From the NCBI GenBank assembly GCA_965153285.1, contig OZ229111.1: 64,000 nucleotides of DNA; one strand, given 5' to 3'. The translations under genes and the position numbers were made by a program. Shown here in pieces: positions 13,758-25,640 of this stretch (position 1 is the stretch's first letter; each line of letters starts with the position of its first letter). Source of the DNA: Podarcis tiliguerta. Taxonomy: Eukaryota. The notes beneath the pieces are model-generated. The model was not told where the DNA came from. It searched no databases and was given only the letters and a program-made list of their open reading frames with translations.

Positions 13758-14082
13758 GTAACACACGTGAAGATGTTCCTATCTAAAAACATTTTTTTCT
13801 GTAAATATTTTTTATTTGCTTTTCTGTTGCAATTCAGCATTAATACGTAAACTATTATATTCAAAAAGAAATAATAAGAATACATTCTTTCATATACTTC
13901 CCTTCCCCTCCTTCCATGGTTTCCTGTCTATTCCCTGCCTATCCGCTTCTTCTCCATCTTCTAAATTTTTCTCTCTCCCTTTCCTTAGCTCTTGTTATAA
14001 CTTAACACTACTGAGTTATTTAGAAACATCATTTTGAAGTTTTTAAAGGGCAGAAGCATCATGAAACAATACGTGTTATCTA

Positions 14083-14300
14083 CCGTATTTTTCGCCCTAT
14101 AGGACGCACCGGCCCGTAGGACGCACCTAGATTGGGGGGGGGGGGATAAAGGGAAAAAATGTTATTTCCGCCCCCCCAGGCGTGGGGCTGTGGCGGGGGA
14201 AGCCCGAGCTTCCCCCAACCCCAGCTCCCAGAACAGGAAACTCTCCGCAAGCCCGAGCTTCCCCCGACCCCAGCCCCCAGAACGGGACCCAGAGCCATGC
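14083..14300. mobile_element. Truncated copy of the same Tc2-like family (one TIR end plus a short internal duplication)
   Basis: TA+CCGTATTTTTCGCCCTATAGGACGCACCGGCCCGTAGGACGCACC is the near-exact reverse complement of 41606-41650, and similarity continues for about 95 bp. No second TIR nearby. Confidence 0.85.
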
Positions 14301-15959
14301 CGAAACTGTGTGCAGTTCTAGGGTAGTTCTAGGACTAGATAGCTTTAAAATTAGCTTTTTTTCAAAAACAGATTAAAAAAAAAACAGGGTCTGCCCTGGG
14401 ACTTCCATCAAAATTTTGAAACTCTTTGAGGGTTTTTTAATTATAATATAAAAGGCTTGAATACTAGGCACAGGCAAGCAGCATCAGGATAAAGATATGC
14501 ATAAATGATAGTGAAATGATACAAGTACAGAAGTCATTTGAGAGGTAGATATTTAGCAATGAGGGAAAACTAATGTTCATTGGAGTCACATAAGAGACCA
14601 TCTCATGTAGTGGGGTAGATTTCCAGCAGCAGGAGTGAATGAGGGGGTGGATAATAGAAATATTTAATAATATTCACTGTGATTGGTAATGGGAAATAAT
14701 AATAGTGACGATGATACTGAAGTCAAAAGCTTGGTTAATATGCCCACAAATAATTGGCCAAATAATAATAATTTCTTAGCAAGGAGCTACCCCACAACTA
14801 GGTTGTTAAATTGCTTAGCAGTTGGAAAGTACAACAACAACAACAATCAGAAAAACTCAAGGGTACGGCTGACTGCTATAATAATAAAGTACTAGACTGT
14901 GTTATGTATTCACAATAGACACACAAGGCTAAGTACTAATAAAGATAGACACAGAAAACTGAATACAGCTGTAAATAAACCTTACCTAAAAACTAGAGCC
15001 AAATTTTGGAGGGGGTGGGATACTAAGACAGACTTATTTGTTTTTAAGGATGGAGCTGGGATTTATTGGGAAAGAACAGGAAACAAACGCCATCTCACTC
15101 CACCATACACTTCTGGAAAGATAGAACTTGGAGAGTGTTGGGTAGAATGATAGCATTCTAGACTAGCCCTGCAGCTCCTATTAGGCAAAGGCCTGTGACT
15201 GGAGAGTGTTGGGTGGTGTGAGATCATTCTCCCCCTCTCCACACCTTGGCATATTCCTTATAGGGCGTTGTAATTAATAATTGCAGCAGTTTGAAGCTGG
15301 TATGCTTGACTTTCTGAGCTACAGATCAGTACAAATTGCTACAGATTGATTTGGGACAACTTTATCTGTTTTGATTTGTAGCTGCTTCAACCTGATGGCG
15401 CCAGGGCAGAAATTAACCAATTCAGCCTGATTCAATTCAGAACGTAGCTGAATCCGATGTTCAGACCTCATACATTGTCCTCATGAACTGGAACCTTATA
15501 CAATCTCTTCATGTGTTTTCTGTTCCATCTCCTGTGATAGATCAGTTATTTTTTACAGATTTCTTCAGAATCCTCTGAAAATTGAATTGCTTTGGCTGAC
15601 ATTAAAACATAGTCCATACTCTATAACATATTATAGCAGGTAATACATACCTTTGTCCTTACCTTCTGCTTCTTGGTGTAAAGATGTGTGACATGTTTAA
15701 TATAGTATATCATGTTGTATTCTTTGCCATGAACAATACAATTGCAGAGTTTTGTATAAGGTGCAGAATTCTCAGCATCCTGAGAAGTTCAGCTTTTGTT
15801 TGGTCTGTAAAGCAAACCTCTAGGTATTTTGGTTTTATAGGTAGGTTTGAATATGGGAGCATGTTTGGCAGTGGAGGCACTGCATAATTGCTCTGCATAA
15901 AGTCTTGCCTTTTCCCATAGCCATCACATCTATGGCAGCACAACTCCTTGCTAATTGGG

Positions 15960-16940
15960 TATGTTTAGCATGGAGAAAAGAGAATTAAGAGGTAAAATTT
16001 TAGTCATCTTCATATGATAGTCATATTTGAGAGCTGTCACATAGACAATGGAGTAATTCATTTCTGTTGTTCCAGAAGGTGGGACCTGATCCTATGGGTT
16101 CAAATTACAGGAAAGAGGATTTAGACTACATATTAGGAAAAAGTGTTCTGACATTGCAAGCTTCTTGACAGTAGAACTGTTTGCCTTGGAAGGTGGTGGA
16201 CTTGTCTAACAGAGGTTTCTAATCAGAGGCTGGATGGCTACCTCTTGGGGCTGGCCTGTCCATGAGGCAAGCTACAGTGACCACCTTAAGTAGCAGGATC
16301 CACAGGGAGTGCAGTTTCAGCCTCTGAGAAATGCATCGCCCACTGCTGCCGCCGTGTATAACATATTATAGCAGGTAATACATACCTATGTCCTTACCTT
16401 CTGCTTCTTGGTAATAGTTCTTGCAGCAACTGCAGCACACCACTTGGAGGCCAGATCTGTCTTCTCCTGAGCAACCCCACCCCCAACGATGCCTCCACAG
16501 CGGCCTCTCAGTGAATAGGAGGCACTGCTGGTCTCCTCCCATCCCTATGGGGGAAATGGCAGGGTCTCTTGGGACCTGCACCCACCTTTGATTCCCAGTT
16601 CAGCCATAGGGTAAGGTTGATTTGATCCCTCCTGCTTGTTCCCTATATCTTCATTATTTCTTTCTTCCTTGGCCAGAGGGGTGGGCACCATTTTGTGGTC
16701 CATCTCAGGTGCCAAAATGCCTTAGGCTGACCCTGCTACCTATTGGGGATGCTCCAGTAGCAGATTTCCTCATTGGCATGGAGTTGGGGGAAAATCAGAG
16801 GTGAGGAATCCATCGTGGTTGATCATTGGCCATGTTGACTGGCCAATTGAAGTTGGGAGTTCAAAAACTTCTGGAGGGCTGAAAGTTTCCCATCCCTGGG
16901 CTAGATGATCTTTGAGGTCCTTTCCAATCACATGATTTTC
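15960..16940 (+). mobile_element. CR1 LINE 3' remnant split by later insertions
   Basis: CR1-like segments at about 15960-16248 (ttcaaattacaggaaagaggatttagacta...cagaggctggatggc), 16740-16790 and 16899-16940 (ctagatgatctttgaggtcctttccaa). Confidence 0.65.
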
Positions 16941-17038
16941 ACAGCAGATGGTAAACATGGAGCAATCTTGGAACCTGACTGCTTCACAGAAAGCGCCCCT
17001 CTTTCTCCATACCTAGTCTGTTAGATTTAGAGCAGTTT

Positions 17039-17152
17039 CATAGAATCATAGAATTGTAGAGGGACCACAAGGGTCATCTAGTCCAACTCTCTGCAATGCA
17101 GGAATCTATTGTCCAATGTGGGGCTTGAACCCACAACCATGAGATTATGAGT
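17039..17152 (-). mobile_element. 5'-truncated copy of the tRNA-Lys/CR1-tail SINE
   Basis: Shares gggaccacaagggtcatctagtccaac and the tRNA 3' half with 28164-28322. Confidence 0.8.
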
Positions 17153-20100
17153 TTGTATGGGTATTATGGAAATTCACTGTTCTTTTGAATTAAAAACATT
17201 TAGAAAGACGATCCTGTAATTTTAGGAGCAGAAAGTGTGTATGTATTGAAAATAAGAAAAGAATTGCTGTTGAAACAGCCAGAAAGAAAATGTGAAGTGA
17301 AATATAGCAAAGTACCTGTTTTGACTGATCTTTGATTTTATTGCTATCTTCATGTTTGGCTTCACCATGGAATGTGTCCCTTAGAGTTCGAGACTGAAAA
17401 ATATACCAGACACCTTGATGCTGAGAAGCCTAATCTTCTTGTGTTGCTTCTGAAGTGGTGCTGAAAAGTTTGAGACTTAATATTTGTATGATATCATCAT
17501 ACCTGTGGAACTGGGCCAGCTTTGGTTCTAACCCGCCAATTCTACATGGCAGGATCATGTTGGAATTATTATTTGTGCTGGCCTGGAATGAGGTGCTGTG
17601 ACAGGAGTGTCAAAGATGCCACCATTGTGTTATTACCTTTTGCTGGCTTAGATCTCTGGCCTTTTATATCTCTTTGAATAAACTCAATTCCAGTTGCATG
17701 CCCACTGACACAGATGATTGCTCTGCTGATGGCAGAGCAGAATGCTGATCTTGGCAATGAATACAACAGCACTTGGGTGTCCTCTGCCCCCGCTGTGGCA
17801 CTACAGACTGCTGCTGTACAAGGAAGCTGATGCAGTTCAGGTGATGTGGCAGAAGACTGGAATAATACTTGGCTTGAGCTAGGACCGATCACATTTACTA
17901 CTTTTAAATTACAAATGAAACATTTTTTAAAATGTTGCCATTATGGTGTTACTTTCAGTTACTACTTTTTATTCCTATTTTGCTGCCGCTATAGCAAAAT
18001 TATGCTTGGTAGGTTTCAGCTGAAATGAGCATTTTGTGATGCATTTGTTTCCTGTTCAGATACACAATTTCTTACAGCTTGCTGGGGTTATTTAGACCCA
18101 GCTTATAGACAGAATGTAGGGTTGGGAGTGATGGCCTTGGATGGTTTTTTACTTGTAACCCACTCATGTAAAGAAGATGCCTGGGGAATGAAGACAACTA
18201 ATTGTGTAAGTTAGCGCAGATAGCAAAATGTCTACAGATGAAATCAGAATCTTTACTGATTGAGGTTGACTTCCAGCCCACAATTCCACATACAAAAGTC
18301 GCTGTTACTGGTAGTTGAGCCTTGCTTCAACATAGATTATTATTATGTTGATTATTGAATCAACATAGATTATCCACTGTACCTGAAGACTTAAGTGGGC
18401 AGCACTGTGGAGCTGGCCTCCAGCTGTAGCTGCATTACAACTTACCATGGTGGGAACACTGGACCGACTTCGTTTCTACAGCTGTTCTGGGGTACCTTGC
18501 TGCTGCCCCACCCCTACAGCATTTGGGGGAAAAGCAGTGTTGGGAGGCTAGCGGCATATTGCTGCCTTGCTCTGGCAACCACTGTCTGGCAGCAGGGGTA
18601 GCTAAGGGGTGCAGCGCAGGCATCAAGGCCAACAATAATCAAGCTTTGCTACCATTGGGACACTGGTTCAGGAGGGTGGGAAGGATGGGAATGGCTGCCT
18701 CACTTTGCCTTAAAAAGGCAGCTTTCCAACCAGTGCTACTAACCTGCTTTGGGGCAAAGTTGTCAGAATGGCTTCTAGTTTTGCAGTTTGCCAGATGCTG
18801 CTAGGAGACATACCTGATAAGGATGACGCCTCCTACTGGACTCACCTTTGCCTGTGGGTGGGCCTTACATCTTATTCAGTATTGGGGAACCCCAGCTCTA
18901 ATTTTATCACTGCATTTTTACAGTTTCTGCACTCATTTTTCTGCAATAAAAGATTCAATATGGAAGATCAAAGTGGAGCAAACAGTAGTCTAGGTAGTCT
19001 GAGGTGCTTAAGAGGAGGCCTCTGCCAAATTCACTATTGCAAGTAAAGGAGTTAAATAACTTTTGACTCACACAGACATAGGTTGGTCTATATAACCAGT
19101 TTTCCTGGCCCTCTCAGTGCTTTGTTTAGAGTCTGTCTATTCCTGTACATCAGCATTCTGAAGAGCTGTGTTAAGGATAGGTACCCATTTTCCATAAGGA
19201 CAGTTATTGATGAGGCAATAGGAAACATAGTATCAGGACAGCTAAGCTAGTTAACAAAGAAAGAAATAGATAAGTTCTGTTTCCAGATAGCAACCCTGGT
19301 TCCATATGTTCTACCAAGATTCAATATAGATGGTATGATAGCAGCATCTCCAGGGATCCTGAAGAGATGCAGAAATAATGGATTTTTAAAAGCCCAGTTT
19401 TAAGAGAGGCTGTTAATGTAGAAAAGTATACGTAAAAGCAGAATGTTTGAAGCTCTCAAAATTAAAGTGCAACACATTAAATGCTATTCTTAGTGTACTT
19501 GTATTTATATGCGTGAGGGAGGATAAGCAAGTCAGATTCAAGTGAAAATGTGTAATTTGTACTGAGTGATAGGAAATGCTCCCTATGAAAAATGTGATTT
19601 GTGACTCATTCATTGTAGAACCTATAAGTTACCATGGCTTCCTCATAAAACGTTGGTATCCCACTGATGGTTTTAAATTCTTTCTGGATGACATATTTTC
19701 AAGCAGCTTCTCTAGCACAAAAATTAGGAATTAATTTGTCTGAATCAAAAGCTGCTGAATAGATGGCAAATAAATTTCACTGTTTTATAATAGCCATTTA
19801 GGATGGGTAGTTATCTACCAACTTCATTTGATGATCATATGTCTTGGTGTGCGCTTTCAGAATAAATTATGCTTCACACCTTGAGGCCCATTAAAAAGGT
19901 ATTCAGATGAGAACAGGCTAAACTGATGTGTTGTCCCTCTGATTTAAGACCCACAGATAGAAAAGACTGTGAGTCTGTGAGTGGAACTGAACTGGAAAGA
20001 CATTCTGCATACAAATCCTTACAAAGAGAGCATTCCTCTTAGGAGTTATGCTAAAATCTTCACCAGTAGTACTTTGTTAGGATATTTGTCTCTCTGGCCT

Positions 20101-23100
20101 CTGTAGGTGCAGGTTAAAACATGAATGTTCATCAGGGGGCACCCTCTACTCACCCCAAGTGGACATGCAAATGGCAAATTGCATAATTGAACTAATGTTT
20201 ACCCATACAAGAGCTTGTCACAGTTGAGCACAAGGGCTAAAAACAGACGTGTAAATGTGGCATTTGGAATTCTTCATGAATAAGTAAATACATGAATTTA
20301 GGTATCTTTTTGTAAATTTACCAAACCCCAAAGAGTACTTTTTAGTAAAATCTTGTTTGAAAGCATTTAAAAGTCTATTTGCCAGTATAAATTTTCCTGG
20401 ATTTTATGTCTTATGTGATGTGTAAGGTTACTCTTGTAATATAAAACTTGTAAAGGCCACAATCTAAATGGAAAGTCAGGGATGTTTGGTCTCCCGCCAC
20501 CTATGCCACCACTCCCGCATCCTAATAGAATATGGTACACAAGCAACAGCAAGCAAACCTAGATGGTTATATCAAAATGCTCTTAGTATCCTGTCTATAT
20601 CTAAGTGAGTGTTTAAACAAAAGAGTTTGGTTGATACCATCTTCTAAATCTCTATGCACTCTTATGTGGCAATAAGTTCCTTTTGAAACCAGTGGAATTG
20701 TCGTCATCCTATATGCTTAGGACTGGAGTGTTAATCTTGAATCTATAAATCAGAACAGCCTTATTGTCTTTTAGTGGTGCTATTTTAGAGAAAGAGATGT
20801 GAAGATTGTAACTAAAATCTTTAAAGCAGCAGGGTTGAGGAAAAATTACAAACCTTGTTCATTTTTTTAAAAAAAGCACCAGAGTAAAACTTCATTTTAC
20901 ACATGATTTGGAATTTTCTGTGTGTAGACAGACATAGCAGAGAACTACCTACATATGAAACATTACTTATGTAACATTTGTGATACCTTCACTTTTACCA
21001 GCAGATGTCACTGTTGTCAAACTTGAGAGTTTAGTAGACAAAGGAAGTAATTTTCTGAATAAAAATTCACCATCTGAAAGTGGAATGGGGGGCAAAATAA
21101 GCATTTCCATTATAAAACTGTTTCCTTGCCCTTAAAAACATAACTTACTAAAAAGCAGAACATTTTACCCTTTCTGCTTTAGTTCCTGTGTTTCAGCTGA
21201 ACTGGGTAAGTTCTTTTCTTTGTATCTGGCTTCAATGGGGGTACCTCTTTGTGGGTGTGATTACCTTATTGGTTTTATTTAAAGGGTGTTTCCTGTTTCC
21301 TGTTCCTGTTTTGAGGTTGCTTTAACAACTTCTTTCTCTATACACCATACAGTTTTGGACACGAAGGAAGTGGCTTCATTAAGAACGGGGGGAGGGAGGA
21401 GGAGATGGGGGGGAATTGCCCATTTGATTGGCTGGATGAATAGCTCTGATTTATGGGATCCATCTGTTTCCTGTAATGAATTCATAAACCCATCAAACAA
21501 TGACCCAAACCAATTACGGGTGGGGGGGAAATACGTTGGCATGCTATGTTTTATGCAGTACGGCACTTGCATTGTATAATCAAAAATTCTTCTCACATAC
21601 AGCACTTTGTAATGGAGCTGCTGTGTTTAATGGAAGCTGTAAATAAATCCTGTCACAGCAGTGGCCAAGAATGCATTGCTGGGTTTAACTGTTCCTATTC
21701 CAGAATACTCTCTTGTGTTGCACCTCTCTTTCCTCCTGCCGAAGAAGAAATGCAAGGGGTTTTTGTTTGTGCTTGGAGGGGGTTGGGTTCCTTTATTTTA
21801 GGAGTGGAAGAGAGCATAGTACAGAATTTGATCTGATGATACTGGAAGTCTAAAACAGTGAGAAATTAACACTATGGGGATTAAGCAGTTTTTGTCACTT
21901 CTGTATGCATTCCTTCCTTCTGTTGTAGAAATGTGCTTAAAAGCTTTTGTAGTAATTGAAATCTGGGTGACTGATCCCATTCATTGCATTAATAAAATCC
22001 ATATACAATTTCTTAATGCTTTTGTGTAGAGTTGGGATTCCTCTGAGATTGTAATCATTAAAAAGCATATGTAAGTAATTATTGGATTTGTTTCTCTAAA
22101 ATTGGATTAGGAAGTTAGATACCATTAAGTATGGTGTGATTATTAGCAGCAAGCAATTTGTTTAGAATGTGGAAAGCTTTTGTGCTGTATTACAAATAGA
22201 TATCTATCATAAAAACACAAGGTAGTATTGGTTTTGTCTCTTAAAATCCACGTTTGAGCTCTCTTTGTATCAGAGTTAGCTCCTGCTCTGTTTATTTTGA
22301 AAATGCAATAGTCTGGAGTTCTTGAATGTTGTTTAGAAACCAAAACAGTGCATGAAATCCTGTCATTTAGAAATGAACAATGCAGTGCTCAAAAGTGGGC
22401 TGATCTTCTCAATGGCATCATGATGACACTAGACTAGATTTCTTTTCTGTATCTCAAGGAGCTGTTTAAATGACAACAGCACCGGCAATATATTACCTTC
22501 AGGTGAAAGGGTAGACAGGCAGCCTCTTGTGTAACTGGCAAGATCTTTTTGTAGATTGGCAGATTGGCCCTTGGGGCTGATTAACTGTGTGGTGCACAGC
22601 ATTCTAGTGTTCTAGTCAGCCTCCACTGACCACAGCCGCTGCCATGCCCTGTTGTATCATTCTATAAAGTTTGCTAGATATATGTGTGAGAGTGCTTGTG
22701 CATTCAGAAGAAAGCCCTCCCTTCCAAAATGTACCGCTTAGATCAAGAAAGGTGCTCTCTAACAATTGACAGTTTATGAGTCAGTCACTGGATCTGCTAC
22801 ACAGTAAAGAAAGCTTTAGCAAAGCTAATGCATTCACTCAAAGCAGCAGGCACTTTCCCACAATGCTGTAGGAAATCTCCACGGCTACTTAGCTGGTGGT
22901 GAGGGCTGTTATAAAATTGCATGTAAAGGATTTTATTTTAGTATGTGTTACAACTTGATGCTTTGTTGCTTTAAAATACCTTATGCAAATCATTGAAATG
23001 CTTGATACCCAAAGCAGCAGGATCATTTGAAAGCAAGCCATTTGTGATGTCTAAGGTTTTACTTTATCTTGGTGATGTAGCTGAATGCCTCTCTTCGAAA

Positions 23101-25514
23101 TTCTATAATCAAGTGAACCTTATTTTTGGCAGAAAGACTTTATTATTATTAAGTGGTTCCCTGCCTTTTAATGAACCTGAAAGTGGGCTGTTTTTGTGTG
23201 AGGATACATTCAGAATCCTTTTATAGTTTATTGAAAAATATCAGCTCTCATAAATATTTTTGAGGACATTAATTCTAAGTTAGTAGACTGATTACCTTCT
23301 TATTTCTAACTAGTGCTGTCAACTGATTAGTTTTTTAAATCATTTTATAGCTTTTAACTGATTGATTATATTTAAATACATTTGCATATTTTAAAACTCT
23401 ACTGCTCGTGCCCTTTAAAAGGCTCTTAAAGAAATGGCACAGTCTAGTCTTAAGGTTGAAATGTAGGATTTTTGTTTATTACATATCTCATTGTTTAATA
23501 GGTTAGAAACCTTTTTGGTATTTGCTTCTCCATCAAATACATCTTTGCAATAGCGCACCAGAAGCAAAGTAGCACAGAAAAAACACACAAGTTCAACTGC
23601 TATCAGTGTTTCAGAAGATCCAGGTTTAAAAGATGTATTGACATTGAATTCATTTCCATGCCAACTCTTTAGCTTCTGTTTCATATGACTAGGGGGGGAA
23701 GTTATAATTATTACACAGTTAAAGACAGTCTATTAGCCTTTGGTTGAAAAAGAAACATGCTCCTTTCCATAGAGTTGGATACACATGTAGAGATCTGATG
23801 TGTTAGTGTTGCCTTTATAGCACTGAGTCCTTCAAGAGTCTTATAATAAAGGCTCTTAATTGAAGTGGCAATGACACTATTGTTGGGCTAGTGAAACACA
23901 ATTTATAGATCACTTGCAGAAATAAACAAGGAACACTTGTGTTTCCACTCTGATTCATTTTACCACTTTGCAATTATCTGAGGCCATATTAAGAAAATTA
24001 GTAAAGAGCAACTAGCATGTTTCTCATCTTTCTTTATCATGGTCTCTCTGTGCAATCACACATAGGGTTTCTGTACCTGTGTATAGCTTAGCTCATTTGG
24101 AATATCTCTGAAGCTAGGCTAGATTTTTGGCACATGCCAAATCCTTACTGTCCATGTTCATATCTTCCTGCTCAGTTCTCTTTCTGTTATCACACTGGAA
24201 GAAGAAAAGCTCTGTGTTAGAGTGCTTTCTGTGACATGGGTGGTGGTGGTGGTGTGTGTCACAATTTTTATTTGACCGTTTTGGGGTTGTCCTTTGCTGC
24301 TCATTTGGGCCTAGGGCTCAACAAGTGAGCTACTTTGCAAGAGTTTGTCTTGTGGGAGGAAACTCGCTCAAACTCATGGGCACAACCTCTTTCTTCTTTG
24401 TTGGTTGAATCCTACAATATAAATACCTTCAGCATTGGCAGACTTCCACCAACCAGGCAAGAAAAATCTCAGCTAATTTGAGTTTGATTTCTAAGTAGAC
24501 AATGCAAACTTGTAATATTATCTAATTTGAACCTATGCCAGGAAAAGGTTACTATCTCAAAAAACAAAAACAAAAAATCTTTTGCCAAATGCATATAATC
24601 CAGGAGAGCAATTCCCGCCCCTCCCAAATCTGGGCAATGTTTTGGAGAGTACCCCCCCCCATACATTCACATAGCTAATGATGACCTTGGTAAACTAAAT
24701 AGCATCTTGCAAGAATCATTGAGGTGGTCTGGTGGGAGAGGTTATTTCCAGAGAGCTGAGTTGATGGGGTATCAAACCATGTTTCTAAGTGGAATTGAAA
24801 TAGCTACCTCAAAATGTTTCTTGTTGTTGTTTATTTCCTAAGCCCTCTGCAAAAAGGCAACTATAGTAACTACTGGTTTAACTCTCCCCCCCGCCCCCAG
24901 CACAGCTAGGCAGCTCATCAGAAGAGAGAATGTTTAGATTGAAATTTTGGTTACAGGTAAGTACTAACCAGTTTAGACCTCTAAAAAGCAGAATAGCTTA
25001 TGGAAATTGGAAGACCTCCCTCACTTGCTGCATAATGCAATTCACTACAGGCTGTGCAGAATCTCATGAGTAGAAGCCCTGTCCTTCCAAGCAGCAATAC
25101 TCCTTTACAAGACTGGCTTGAAATTCATTTCCTGAGGGACTGCAGTCAATTTAATTCATACTATACATTGTAAGTGTATTCCTTAAAGGTCACCTGCAGT
25201 AGCAGAGTCTACCACCAAGCTGCTAAATGTATTTAAGCAAAACAAAATACTTTGAAGGCATATCAGATATTTTGTAAAGCAGATGGACTTTTGCTGCAAA
25301 AGCCCATCAGCACACATCATCAAGCAAGTGTTGAATGTGGGTTAAGCTGTATTTGAAGTGGCACATATCTACTTTATAGAGAAGCATGTCTAAACGGCAG
25401 GTGCAGTGCCTTTTTGAACATAAGACTAAATTTTGGATTAAGCAAATGAGCCTCAGACTTGTGTACTCCCACCTCCCCTGTTCTACCGTTATTGAAACGA
25501 TGGCTAGTTTAAAC

Positions 25515-25640
25515 CACTGCTATTTTTCTAGAAAAAGAGGTGCTGGAACTCATCATGAATGCCTTCCTTGTTCTCTTATAATGGCAATGGCACCCACCTG
25601 AGAGGTGCTGGAACTGAGTTCTGTTTGAAAAAATGCCCTG
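25515..25640. mobile_element. Short hAT MITE
   Basis: Ends cactgctattttt / aaaaaatgccctg, 8-bp TSD gtttaaac/gttaaaac (7/8), and internal gaggtgctggaact twice. Confidence 0.7.
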
